This document shows, piece by piece, positions 1-9,962 of a stretch of 64,000 nucleotides of DNA (position 1 is the stretch's first letter; every line of letters starts with the position of its first letter). A program made the position numbers and the translations under genes. Source of the DNA: Balanoglossus misakiensis (Eukaryota > Animalia > Hemichordata); NCBI GenBank assembly GCA_040954595.2, contig JBECUI020000025.1, positions 62,001 through 126,000 on the forward strand, written 5' to 3'. Under the pieces are notes generated by a model. It searched no databases. It was given only the letters and a program-made list of their open reading frames with translations, and was not told the DNA's origin.

Positions 1-1
1 G

Positions 2-925
2 CGTATATCATTCTTTGACTATATTCTGCCTATTATTCCGCTTGCAGTCCTTCTCCCCCTCTACTGGCTAGGGGGACTTCTGGTCTTCTCAAAACTAAAG
101 AAACGGCTGGGAGGAAATTTTCGAGCTGGGATATCCGGGGGTGCTTCTCTTCCCAAACACGTATCCGAATTTTTTCAGGCAGTAGGGATAAAGCTCTTCG
201 AAGGATACGGCATGACCGAAACAGCACCTGTTATTGCCCTATCATCGCCCAGTTCAGGGCATATATACGATACGGTTGGAAATTTTTTGCCGGATATAGA
301 GTACAAAATTCTTGACGCCAATAATAAAGAGGTTGCTCTAACAGAAGCGGGAGTACTACATATTAAGAGTGATCAAGTTATGCAGGGATACTACAACAAC
401 CCCGAATTAACCAATAAGATAATAGACAGTGATGGATTTCTAAACACAGGCGATCTCGTCAGACAATGCTATCAGGGTGCCATACAGATTATTGGAAGAA
501 GTAAAGATACTATTGTATTACTTAGTGGTGAAAACGTTGAACCGGAACCAATAGAAGAAAAAATATGTACCTCATGGTACATTGATAATGCCATCATACT
601 TGGTAATGAAAGAAAATATCTTGCTGCCTTAATTGTACCCAACGAAGATAAATTGCAAGAATGGGCACAGAAAAAAAATATACCCTATACCGATTACAAA
701 ACAATGTCTCAGAATCCGGATTTCAAGAATGTACTTATGAAGGAAATCCAGAATCGGATAAATGTACATACCGGATACCAAGAATCCCAAAAGATATTTC
801 GTATTGCTGTGTTATCCGCTCCATTCGAGGTAGACAAAGAAATATCAAAAACTATGAAATTAAAACGGTTTGAAATTAATAAAATATACAAGAAAGAGAT
901 TGAATCTCTGTTTACTATTGGGTAA
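2..925 (+). CDS. fadD: Long-chain acyl-CoA synthetase (AMP-binding family), 5'-truncated by the window edge
   Basis: Frame is open from base 2 through the 212 ORF. Motifs: ISGGASLP, EGYGMTE, GFLNTGDL, IIGRSKD, SGENVEP. Confidence 0.85.
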   Translation, partial: RISFFDYILPIIPLAVLLPLYWLGGLLVFSKLKKRLGGNFRAGISGGASLPKHVSEFFQAVGIKLFEGYGMTETAPVIALSSPSSGHIYDTVGNFLPDIEYKILDANNKEVALTEAGVLHIKSDQVMQGYYNNPELTNKIIDSDGFLNTGDLVRQCYQGAIQIIGRSKDTIVLLSGENVEPEPIEEKICTSWYIDNAIILGNERKYLAALIVPNEDKLQEWAQKKNIPYTDYKTMSQNPDFKNVLMKEIQNRINVHTGYQESQKIFRIAVLSAPFEVDKEISKTMKLKRFEINKIYKKEIESLFTIG

Positions 926-3758
926 ACTCAGCACGAATCATAGTGCCCGTCTTAAAAAAAGCATCCGTAAATCCCTCTGACCATATCTTATATAGGGCAA
1001 GACCTATTTCGTCATTGCTTAGAGGTCCGACATACACCCGGTAGAGTTTTTTATCGGGTGTTGGAATAATAAAAGCATTGTAATTGCCAAGATTGCTCAG
1101 TATGTTCCTTGCAAATAATTCCTGACTCACAGCCGCTACCTGTACGTAATAGTAGTTATTCTGTATATCCGGAAGAACAGGAGACGGTTCTTTTTCTGCC
1201 AACTCAATGGGGGCAACTTCTGCTTCTTCCTCAACGAGTTCTGCCTCTTCCACTGGTGGTACTAGCGGTGCTGCTTCTTCCTCAACGAGTTCTGCCTCTT
1301 CCACTGGTGGTACTAGCGGTGCGGCTTCTTCCTCAACGAGTTCTATATCTTCCACTGGTACTAGCGGTGCGGCTTCTTCCTCAACGAGTTCTATATCTTC
1401 CACTGGTACTAGCGGTGCGGCTTCTTCCTCAACGAGTTCTATATCTTCCACTGGTACTAGCGGTGTTGCTTCTTCCTCAACGAGTGCCGGCTTTTCTACG
1501 AGTTCAGCAGGTACTACTGATTCCTCAACGAGTTCTACCGGAATTTCTACTCCCTTCTCTATTAATTCCGTCGATGCAACAGGAAGAATCGGCAGGAGCA
1601 AATCAATGCTTGGATCCAAGGGGAGATCCACCACAAAAGGATCTATTTCAACGGATTCTTCTTCTGTCAAAGCCAGCAGTGGTTCAATCAATTGCATATC
1701 AAAGAGATCATCACCCTCGCTCGTATCTGCAATATCATATTCATTGAATATCCCCGTATTCATGCTTTCTTCCAGTGTTTTCGGCAATTCAGCAAGCATA
1801 AACTCATCAATTTTTTCTTCCTGAGGTATCGTTTCCAGAGATTTCTCGTCAAACACTAATGCTTCTGCACTTTCAGCTATGACCGGGGATTCGATGGGAG
1901 GCTCTGGTTCTGCTACAATTTCCTGTGCATGCAATACTTCCGGCTCACTGAGTGAAAACTCAGAATCAATCAGAGGTGTGGGAGCATCTGCAAAAGAGTC
2001 CTTGTCGAGGCGTCCCCCCAATGTTTCAAATTCTGCAATGCTTTCCGGCGATAATAACTGAATATTATCCAATGAATCAATCTCCGGGGTTTCTATTCCT
2101 TCTTTTGTTAATGCAATCAAGGGTATAAGCGGTTCAGGGAGGTTCGGAGACTCTAATACAAAGGGCAGATTCTCTACAATAAGCCCACTAAAATCTTCAA
2201 CAAGAACATCTGTTTTCACATATGGGTCAGCAACAATAATCGGATCGTTTAGTCCTCCCGCCACTAAAACAGGTTCGCGGTCTTCTACCAAATCAAGTGC
2301 AGGTTCAGACATTATATCCGGGGCTTGAGCTATTTCTGCTTGTTTCGTTATTTCCGGAAGCGGTGCCGCTTCTGCTATGATCTCAGCTTGCTCCGGAACA
2401 TCCGGTCCCGGCGTTATGTCCGCTTCTTCGCCCAATTCGGGCACTAATTCTGTTTCAGCTATTGCCTCAGTTTCAGTATCAGGCATTAATACTACTTCTG
2501 GTGGACCTTCTACAGGAGTCGCTTCTCGAGTTTGCTTATCGGCGGGGACTTCCGGGTCACTTTCTTTTGGATCAACAACTTCTCCGGTTACATCCTCTTC
2601 CACAAAATCATTTTCTTTAGGTGGCAATACATCCACAATGGGAGGGAGTGTCTTTTCCGTTTCGTCAGGCAAGGGTTGTTCGGGGAAACGTGTTTTGCTT
2701 AACCGACGATCACTTGGTTGAACACTTTGCTCTTCTTCAGACGGTATGAGTTGAACATCCGCAGGAAGAGCTTCTTGTACACCTGCTTCCGCGGGGAAAC
2801 GTTCCTTTATCACCTTCCTGCCCGGCACAATGCCTTCTTGTTGCAGCCCTTCATTATCCAGAGGGGTAATATCTACTGCAGGAGGAAGTGTTCCTTGTAA
2901 TGGGACAGATTGTTCCTGTACTTCTTGAAAACGTTGCTTATTTAACAGTCTGCCGGAGTCACTGACACTGCTCGGCTGCTTGGCAGGGAGTTCTGCCGCT
3001 ACTTCCGGCAATGGTCGCGAAGGAGTTTCGACTGCTCTTTGCGAAGGAAGTGGTAATGTTTCAACAATAGGAGGCTGTTCACTACGGGGAAAATCTTCCT
3101 GAATCTCGGGCTCCGGTATAACTGCCGGAGTATCAGGTATCGGCTCTAGGCTCTCGGCTACAGGACTGGGAGCAGGAGTAGGTGTGGGTGCAGGAGTAGG
3201 CGTGGGTGCAGGAGTAGGTGTGGGTGCAGGAGTAGGTGTGGGTGCAGGAGTAGGTTCAACAGGCTGGGGGGCAGCATTTGTTTCAGGTGCTGTTATGCCG
3301 GAGACTTCAGGAACCTCCGTAGGCAAATCGCTATCTCGTCTTCTTCCAAGGTTTGCCAGTGGATTAATATCCGGATCCTGATGCATTGCCTCTTCACTCA
3401 TATCCGATTGAGCCTGTCTTATGGGAGTACTGCTCGGAGCTACCCGTACAACACCGACATATCCGATGCCGATTCTGTTGGCAACTTCCGGTGTAAGAAC
3501 AATAAACTCGGAAGAATCTCTCAGTTTTTCAATAACTCGTACATTAACTTCTCGATTTGTCTGTGGATTGTGAACTGTAATAAGAGACCCAACAGGATAG
3601 ATGCCTGATTTGGCAAACAGACCACCCCTGGCAAACTCTTCGGAACGAACAGTAGCAATGCCCTCAAGGACATCATTTTGCTGTGCAAGAACCCCAAAAA
3701 TAGTTAATAGAAATAGTGAAAATACATAGATTCGTATTGCTAATCGTTTATATACCAT
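915..3758 (-). CDS. Exported protein: signal peptide, degenerate RlpA-like (DPBB) domain, long acidic Pro/Glu-rich linker, C-terminal SPOR domain
   Basis: 947-aa ORF. N-terminal hydrophobic signal; GSLITVHNPQTNREVNVRV...LTPEVANRIG resembles RlpA DPBB; C-terminal YYVQVAA...LYRVYVGP is a SPOR motif. Confidence 0.75.
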   Translation of the reverse strand: MVYKRLAIRIYVFSLFLLTIFGVLAQQNDVLEGIATVRSEEFARGGLFAKSGIYPVGSLITVHNPQTNREVNVRVIEKLRDSSEFIVLTPEVANRIGIGYVGVVRVAPSSTPIRQAQSDMSEEAMHQDPDINPLANLGRRRDSDLPTEVPEVSGITAPETNAAPQPVEPTPAPTPTPAPTPTPAPTPTPAPTPTPAPSPVAESLEPIPDTPAVIPEPEIQEDFPRSEQPPIVETLPLPSQRAVETPSRPLPEVAAELPAKQPSSVSDSGRLLNKQRFQEVQEQSVPLQGTLPPAVDITPLDNEGLQQEGIVPGRKVIKERFPAEAGVQEALPADVQLIPSEEEQSVQPSDRRLSKTRFPEQPLPDETEKTLPPIVDVLPPKENDFVEEDVTGEVVDPKESDPEVPADKQTREATPVEGPPEVVLMPDTETEAIAETELVPELGEEADITPGPDVPEQAEIIAEAAPLPEITKQAEIAQAPDIMSEPALDLVEDREPVLVAGGLNDPIIVADPYVKTDVLVEDFSGLIVENLPFVLESPNLPEPLIPLIALTKEGIETPEIDSLDNIQLLSPESIAEFETLGGRLDKDSFADAPTPLIDSEFSLSEPEVLHAQEIVAEPEPPIESPVIAESAEALVFDEKSLETIPQEEKIDEFMLAELPKTLEESMNTGIFNEYDIADTSEGDDLFDMQLIEPLLALTEEESVEIDPFVVDLPLDPSIDLLLPILPVASTELIEKGVEIPVELVEESVVPAELVEKPALVEEEATPLVPVEDIELVEEEAAPLVPVEDIELVEEEAAPLVPVEDIELVEEEAAPLVPPVEEAELVEEEAAPLVPPVEEAELVEEEAEVAPIELAEKEPSPVLPDIQNNYYYVQVAAVSQELFARNILSNLGNYNAFIIPTPDKKLYRVYVGPLSNDEIGLALYKIWSEGFTDAFFKTGTMIRAEFTQ
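1222..1485. repeat. Coding tandem repeat: 2 x 51 bp + 3 x 48 bp + partial unit (EEEAAPLVP(P)VE[DE][IA]ELV)
   Basis: Units starting gcttcttcctcaacgagt at 1222, 1273, 1324, 1372, 1420 and 1468. Confidence 0.95.
3172..3255. repeat. Coding 18-bp tandem repeat, about 4.6 copies (PTPAPT linker)
   Basis: gcaggagtagg(t/c)gtgggt at 3172, 3190, 3208, 3226, plus a partial copy at 3244. Confidence 0.95.
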
Positions 3759-3896
3759 TTCCTATTGCTCTCTTTTATGATTCATCGGTATTCTAGTAGA
3801 AGACTAAACATTTTTTTTCTGCAAATTTCTTCTGCAAAGTCATGAAGATAAATAATATCTGTATCAGTTATTTGATAGAGATGATACTATCAATGT

Positions 3897-5354
3897 ATGG
3901 ACCAAAAAACAGAACCCAATGTATATATTATCGGTGCAGGAGGTGCCGGCAATAGGATATGTGAACTACTACAAAGTACATCTATAAGACGACAGATTGT
4001 TGCGTTTTTGGATGATGATCCGAACAAGAGTGGAAATACCATCAGGGGCATACCCGTTCAGGGTCCAGTGGAGAAAAGCTTACGAACGATTCAGGCGGCA
4101 TACCGTGATGAAATAATAATAGCCTTGCCGGGGATCTCGAGTATGAGGCTTCGCGATATATACTTTGCAGCTCGTACTGCATCGTTTCGCCGCATCCGGA
4201 TACTACCTCGGGCAGCTTATATCTTTGAACATGAAGCAATCGCATTATCTCAACTCAGAGAGATTGAACCTGAGGATATCATCACCCTAAAATCCGCCTC
4301 TATTGAGATAGCATCAAAACTACGTTACTTCCGCAATAAACGAATACTCATTACTGGTGCAGGGGGGACGGTCGGTACTGAAAGTGCAAAACAACTTCTC
4401 TACAGTCAGGCAGATACCCTCTTTCTCCTTGGGCATGGAGAACATAGTCTCTACAAGGTCGGGAACGAATTGGATACATTGAAAGAAGAGAATATCGGGC
4501 GGAATACGAAGATAGATCTGATACTGGGCGACTTGAAAGATGCCCAGTACGTACAGTATCTGTTGAAGAAAATACAGCCTGATATTGTCCTCCATACTGC
4601 TGCATATAAACATGCACCATTGCTTGAAAATAACGCAGTTGCCGCTATTGATAATAATGTCTTTGGCACCCGAAACCTTATACTTGCAGCAGAGGAAGCC
4701 GGATGTGAACGTTTCGTGTTTATGTCTACGGATAAGGCAGTCTACCCCAAGAATGTCTACGGCGCTTCAAAATTACTGGCAGAACGAATTGTCTTGAATC
4801 TAAAACTAAAAAATTCCACTCGACTGGCTATCCGTTGCGGAAATATCCTTGCCTCTCGAGGAAGTGTTACCGAAACCTTCAAAAAAAGGATAGCAGGTGA
4901 ATCCGCCCTTCTTGTTACTAGTCCGACTGTGCGACGTTTTTTCATGTCCATATCCGAGGCAATTTCCCTGCTGTTAAATATTGCCGCAATAGGAGAAGAT
5001 AGAGGATTGTACATTATGAACATGAAGAATGAACTCAAAATAAACACTATTGCAGAAGATATGATCCGCTTCTACGGATACGAACCTAACCGCGATATTC
5101 CAATCCGCTACACTGAGCTCAAGCCGGGTGAAAAGGAAGCGGAGGTCATTATGTATGAAAACGAAACGAAACATGCAAGCGGTATTACCGATGTAGAGAT
5201 GCTTGCAGGAATAGGACATACCGAAGAAGAACTTATACAACAACTAGGGAAACTGGAAGCATACTGCAAAAAAGATCCGGCACAGGCTGAATTGTATAGA
5301 AATGCCGAAAAACTGAAAGAATTTTTGACCCATATGAAAATATTGAATACATGA
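3897..5354 (+). CDS. CapD/PglF-family nucleotide-sugar 4,6-dehydratase, soluble form without N-terminal TM helices
   Basis: IIGAGGAG CoA-binding-like domain, ITGAGGTVG Rossmann motif, HTAAYKH, STDKAV, YGASK, GNILASRGSV, KPGEK. Confidence 0.85.
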   Translation: MDQKTEPNVYIIGAGGAGNRICELLQSTSIRRQIVAFLDDDPNKSGNTIRGIPVQGPVEKSLRTIQAAYRDEIIIALPGISSMRLRDIYFAARTASFRRIRILPRAAYIFEHEAIALSQLREIEPEDIITLKSASIEIASKLRYFRNKRILITGAGGTVGTESAKQLLYSQADTLFLLGHGEHSLYKVGNELDTLKEENIGRNTKIDLILGDLKDAQYVQYLLKKIQPDIVLHTAAYKHAPLLENNAVAAIDNNVFGTRNLILAAEEAGCERFVFMSTDKAVYPKNVYGASKLLAERIVLNLKLKNSTRLAIRCGNILASRGSVTETFKKRIAGESALLVTSPTVRRFFMSISEAISLLLNIAAIGEDRGLYIMNMKNELKINTIAEDMIRFYGYEPNRDIPIRYTELKPGEKEAEVIMYENETKHASGITDVEMLAGIGHTEEELIQQLGKLEAYCKKDPAQAELYRNAEKLKEFLTHMKILNT

Positions 5355-6508
5355 AAAAAAATACGGTCGTACCATTCTTTAAACCATCGTTGGGAATCGC
5401 AGAAGAGCGGGCTGTGCGGGCAGTATTACGCAGCGGTTGGCTCAGTACTGCACAAGAAAGCAAAACCTTTGAACAGGAATTTGCTGCATACCTCCATATT
5501 CCGTACTGCCGTGCCGTAAATAGTGCAACTGCAGGGTTACATCTAGCCTTGAAGTCTTTTGAACTTCCTGTCGGGTCAAAAGTTCTGCTTAGCCCGTATA
5601 CATTTGCCTCTAGTGCTACATCTATTATTCATGCAAACCTTGTACCCTCATTTGTTGATATAGAAGAAGATGGCTTTCTTATCGATACCAATAAGCTGGA
5701 TATTACAGAGAATGTTCGAGCAATCATGCCTGTGCATATTGCCGGTAGATCCTGTAATATGGAAAAAATTCTGGAATTGGCGGAAAAGCATAAACTACGC
5801 GTAGTCGAAGATGCAGCCCATGCATTCCCCGCTCAGGATGAAGAAGGCTTTATCGGCACACGTGGGGATGTCGGTGTCTACTCCTTCTACGCAAATAAAA
5901 CCATTACCTGCGGCGAGGGGGGCATGCTGGTAACAAAGCAGAAAGACATTGCAGACTATGTTGCCCGTATGAGCATGCACGGAATGACAAAAAATGCCTG
6001 GGGACGCTATATAAAGGCAACAAGCAGTGAATACGACATTATCGACTGCGGATATAAGTACAACCTTCCGGATATCCTTGCAACAATTGGGCGAGTGCAG
6101 TTACAAAAAGCAGAGACGATGTTGCGCCGACGCCGTGAAATAGCGCAGCTATACATTAATGCCTTCTCGCAACGCGACTATCTTACCGTGCCAGAGTATA
6201 GTACTCACCATTCATGGCATTTATTCATTCTACGATTAAACCTGAAACAACTGACCATTGACCGCGATACATTTGTCGAAGAACTCCGGAAAAAAGGAAT
6301 CTGTACCTCGTTACACTATAAACCACTTCACCTCATGCCCTACTTTGCTGAAAAATACAATCTAAGCCCCGAGCAGTTTCCCATTGCAACCGACCGATAC
6401 CGTCAGGTCATCAGTCTTCCCATGTACCCCGACATGAATAAGCAAGTTCTCTCCAGAGTTTGTAGTGCAGTAAGCGATATCGGGGATGCAAACCGTATGC
6501 GCGGTTGA
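5351..6508 (+). CDS. DegT/DnrJ/EryC1/StrS-family PLP-dependent sugar aminotransferase
   Basis: VNSATAGLHLAL, VEDAAHA, SFYANKTITCGEGG (PLP Lys), GYKYN, SLPMYP. Confidence 0.9.
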   Translation: MKKNTVVPFFKPSLGIAEERAVRAVLRSGWLSTAQESKTFEQEFAAYLHIPYCRAVNSATAGLHLALKSFELPVGSKVLLSPYTFASSATSIIHANLVPSFVDIEEDGFLIDTNKLDITENVRAIMPVHIAGRSCNMEKILELAEKHKLRVVEDAAHAFPAQDEEGFIGTRGDVGVYSFYANKTITCGEGGMLVTKQKDIADYVARMSMHGMTKNAWGRYIKATSSEYDIIDCGYKYNLPDILATIGRVQLQKAETMLRRRREIAQLYINAFSQRDYLTVPEYSTHHSWHLFILRLNLKQLTIDRDTFVEELRKKGICTSLHYKPLHLMPYFAEKYNLSPEQFPIATDRYRQVISLPMYPDMNKQVLSRVCSAVSDIGDANRMRG

Positions 6509-6539
6509 TTCACCGACACATAGCATAATAAAATATACT

Positions 6540-9500
6540 ATGTCGTCTTTTACTCATTTGCATACGCATTCCGATTATAGCTTATTAAAGTCTACTATTT
6601 CAGTTGATGCATTGGTAAAGAATACAAAAGAACGAAATATGTCTGCAGTTGCATTGACTGATATATCAAACCTCTTTGCCGCAGCATACTTCTTTGCTGC
6701 CTGTAAAAAGTATGAGGTAAAACCGATAATCGGATGTGACTTCTTTGTAAGTGCCGCAGGAATTCAAGAACGGGAGAATGTACAACGCAAATCCGGTATT
6801 ACCGGATCTGTTGTTATGTTAGCAGAAAATGCTACCGGCTACCGTAACCTCTGTGCATTGAGCTCTGCCGCCTTTCTTGAAGGATTTTATTACTTTCCGC
6901 GTATTGACTATACCTATATGGAACAGTACCACAAAGGTCTTATCTGTCTTACAGGAGGGAGCCGGGGAGAAATAGCGCGGCAACTATCTGAAAATAAATG
7001 GGAAGATGCTCAGCAAACATTACAACGCTATATTTCCATATTTGGACGTGATAATACCTATGTTGAACTGACCGACCACGGGAATACGACAGACCGGCTT
7101 ATGGTACAACAACTGATAAAACTTGCAGACTTGGAAAAGGTGCAGACAGTAGCAACAAATAATTGTTCGTACCTGAATAAAGATGATGCAGATGCACATA
7201 ATGCACTGCTCTGCATCGGGATGAATAAAACAAACGAGCAACGTATCATCCCAAGCAATGAATTGTACCTCAAAACACCGGAGGAAATGGCAGATGTATT
7301 TAGAGATATTCCTGATGCCCTACACAATAGCAAAATAATTGAAGATAGATGTAACGTTGACTTCCCCTACCGTAAACCGGAATTGCCAAGCTATGAAATA
7401 CCCGATGGCTTTTCCGACCCCGGTGAATACCTGCGTTATATCTGTAATAAAGGACTAAAAAAACGTTATCCCAACCCAGCAGATCCCGAGATATTGCAGA
7501 AACGGATGAACTACGAACTTGATATTATTATCAGTATGGGATACACCGGATATTTTCTTGTTGTCTGGGATGTTGTACACTATGCACGCAAGAATAGTAT
7601 ACCAGTTGGTCCCGGAAGAGGGTCAGGCGCCGGTTCGATTGTCGCCTACGTTCTCTCAATTACAAATATTGACCCAATTCGTTATAACCTGCTCTTTGAA
7701 CGCTTTCTAAACCCCTCCCGGGTATCAATGCCCGACTTTGACATTGATTTCTGTATGGAAGAGCGCGAAAAAATAATGGAATATGTTACCGAAAAATATG
7801 GAAATGACCGGGTCGGACAAATTATTGCCTTTGGAAAACTGAAGCCCAAGGCAGTTCTTCGTGATGTAGCACGTGTGCTGAATATCCCCTTCAATGATGC
7901 AAACGATATGTCATCTCTGATATCTACCGAACAAGCCAGTTCGCTTCAGCAAATTCTAACTGAAAATAAAAAAATACAGGAACTGGTAAATAGCAACCCT
8001 ACGTATCAAGAACTGTTTGATATTGCAACGAAACTTGAAGGGCTCTGTCGTCACGCATCAACCCACCCGGCAGGTGTTGTCATAGGTCAAAAACCAATTA
8101 ATGAATATGTTCCTCTGTACAAGGATCCTAAGAGCGGCGCAATAACAACCCAGTTTCCAATGGATGTGCTTGAAACATGCGGGCTTATTAAAATGGATTT
8201 TCTCGGATTAAAGACCCTGACTATTATTAGACGGGGAGAAGAAATTATCCGCCATAGCAACCCTGATTTCTCTATTGAGGACATTCCCACTGCAGATAAA
8301 AAAACATTTTCACTTCTTTCTTCCGGAAACAGTTATGCTGTATTCCAATTAGAAAGTGACGGCATGCAGAATATCTTGCAACAGGCAAAACCTGATCGGA
8401 TTGAAGATATTATCGCTATTATCTCTCTCTTCCGTCCCGGCCCACTCCAGTTTACAAATAAGTATATTGAATCAAAGTCGGATAGCAGAAAAGTGAGTTA
8501 TCCTCTCCCCGTGCTGAAATCGATATTGGACGAAACCTACGGCGTTATTATTTATCAAGAGCAGGTTATGCAAATTGTTCAGAAGGTCGCTGGATTTACT
8601 CTTGCTGAAGCCGACATACTCCGGAGAGTGATGGGCAAGAAATTGGTAGAGCAAATGAAAACAATGAAGGTGAAGTTCGTTACCGGAGCAAAGAAAAACG
8701 GATACACAGAAGCCCAGGCCAACGATCTCTTTGAAGTCCTCCTGCCCTTTGCCGATTACGCATTTAATAAATCTCACGCCGCTGCCTACGCCCTGCTTGC
8801 ATATCAAACGGCCTACCTCAAAGCCAACTATACAACAGAGTTCTTTGCAGCAAACCTGGCATGTGAAGTATTTGTGCCCGTACGCTTCTCTGCATTGATG
8901 AATCAGGCACGTAAGAGCGATATCATTATTCGTGCCCCTGATATACAAACAAGCATGGTGAGTTTTACTACCGAAAAGAATCAGATTATATTCGGGTTGT
9001 CGGGAATAAAGCATGTCAATAAGACCGCGGCTATACATATTGTTCAGGTCCGAGATAGCGGGGGACCATTCAAAAACTACTACGACTTCTTAAGCCGGGT
9101 CGATTTGCACATTATTAACAAGCGTTCCGTTCATGCTCTTATTGTAACAGGATGCTTCGATGGTCTTCATAAACGTTTACCCCTCCACAAAGCGGCAGAG
9201 AGAATCTGGTCTACTGCCTACGAAAAAGCTGAGAACAAGGGAAACGGACAGTCCTATCTCTTTGGGGAAAATGATGAAGAGAAAATTGTGCAGGATTTAC
9301 TTGAAAGGGATGTTGGTCCCTTTACCCTTGAACAAAAACTGGCATGGGAAAACGATTTTTTGGGGGAATGGTTTTCCGGGCATCCCATTGACCCTTACCG
9401 GAAAATTTGGGCATTGTATGCAAAGGAAGGGAACCTGGGAAATATAAAAAACATGGCACCCGGTCAGTACACCCTTGTTGGAACTGCCAGAAATGTCCGC

Positions 9501-9962
9501 CATATAACAACACGAAAGAACGAAAAAATGATAACCGCTATTTTAGAGGATTACCATGGTAGTATAGAAATGGTACTGTACACGGAAGCAGAACGGCTCT
9601 ATAGAGACATTCTTCAGGATAAAAAGACGTATATCATCAAAGGGAAACTGGATAAAGTTCGCAGTGTACGGTTCGTAGTATCAAAGGTAATACTCGCTGA
9701 CCACAGCTTCCCTATTCATATTAACCTGAAAAAAGAATTGACCGAAGAGGACTTACACGATTTACGTGAATATCTTGAAAAAAACAAGGGTTATGCCCCC
9801 GTTATTCTCCATACGTCCGAAATATCGGAAGAACAGATCCCTAGCCAGACAATACGTTTACGAACTCAAAGCATAGCACAAAATGATCTATTGGATTCCT
9901 TGAATACCTTGCCCTGCGTACAAAGCTACTGGATAGAGCAAAATGTATCTCAACAAGCTTAA
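6540..9962 (+). CDS. dnaE: DNA polymerase III alpha subunit
   Basis: FTHLHTHSDYS, GPGRGSGAGS, MPDFDIDF, KMDFLGL, YAFNKSHA. Start placed at ATG 6540. Confidence 0.97.
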   Translation: MSSFTHLHTHSDYSLLKSTISVDALVKNTKERNMSAVALTDISNLFAAAYFFAACKKYEVKPIIGCDFFVSAAGIQERENVQRKSGITGSVVMLAENATGYRNLCALSSAAFLEGFYYFPRIDYTYMEQYHKGLICLTGGSRGEIARQLSENKWEDAQQTLQRYISIFGRDNTYVELTDHGNTTDRLMVQQLIKLADLEKVQTVATNNCSYLNKDDADAHNALLCIGMNKTNEQRIIPSNELYLKTPEEMADVFRDIPDALHNSKIIEDRCNVDFPYRKPELPSYEIPDGFSDPGEYLRYICNKGLKKRYPNPADPEILQKRMNYELDIIISMGYTGYFLVVWDVVHYARKNSIPVGPGRGSGAGSIVAYVLSITNIDPIRYNLLFERFLNPSRVSMPDFDIDFCMEEREKIMEYVTEKYGNDRVGQIIAFGKLKPKAVLRDVARVLNIPFNDANDMSSLISTEQASSLQQILTENKKIQELVNSNPTYQELFDIATKLEGLCRHASTHPAGVVIGQKPINEYVPLYKDPKSGAITTQFPMDVLETCGLIKMDFLGLKTLTIIRRGEEIIRHSNPDFSIEDIPTADKKTFSLLSSGNSYAVFQLESDGMQNILQQAKPDRIEDIIAIISLFRPGPLQFTNKYIESKSDSRKVSYPLPVLKSILDETYGVIIYQEQVMQIVQKVAGFTLAEADILRRVMGKKLVEQMKTMKVKFVTGAKKNGYTEAQANDLFEVLLPFADYAFNKSHAAAYALLAYQTAYLKANYTTEFFAANLACEVFVPVRFSALMNQARKSDIIIRAPDIQTSMVSFTTEKNQIIFGLSGIKHVNKTAAIHIVQVRDSGGPFKNYYDFLSRVDLHIINKRSVHALIVTGCFDGLHKRLPLHKAAERIWSTAYEKAENKGNGQSYLFGENDEEKIVQDLLERDVGPFTLEQKLAWENDFLGEWFSGHPIDPYRKIWALYAKEGNLGNIKNMAPGQYTLVGTARNVRHITTRKNEKMITAILEDYHGSIEMVLYTEAERLYRDILQDKKTYIIKGKLDKVRSVRFVVSKVILADHSFPIHINLKKELTEEDLHDLREYLEKNKGYAPVILHTSEISEEQIPSQTIRLRTQSIAQNDLLDSLNTLPCVQSYWIEQNVSQQA

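Noticed and set aside
1222-1485. Possible CRISPR array
   Set aside because: Units are contiguous with no unique spacers, in frame within a CDS, and no cas genes are present.
1109-1824. Long plus-strand ORFs (212 aa, 205 aa) with repeated peptides
   Set aside because: Antisense shadows of the VNTR in the SPOR gene. The many other short opposite-strand ORFs in the track were rejected because they lie inside well-supported genes.
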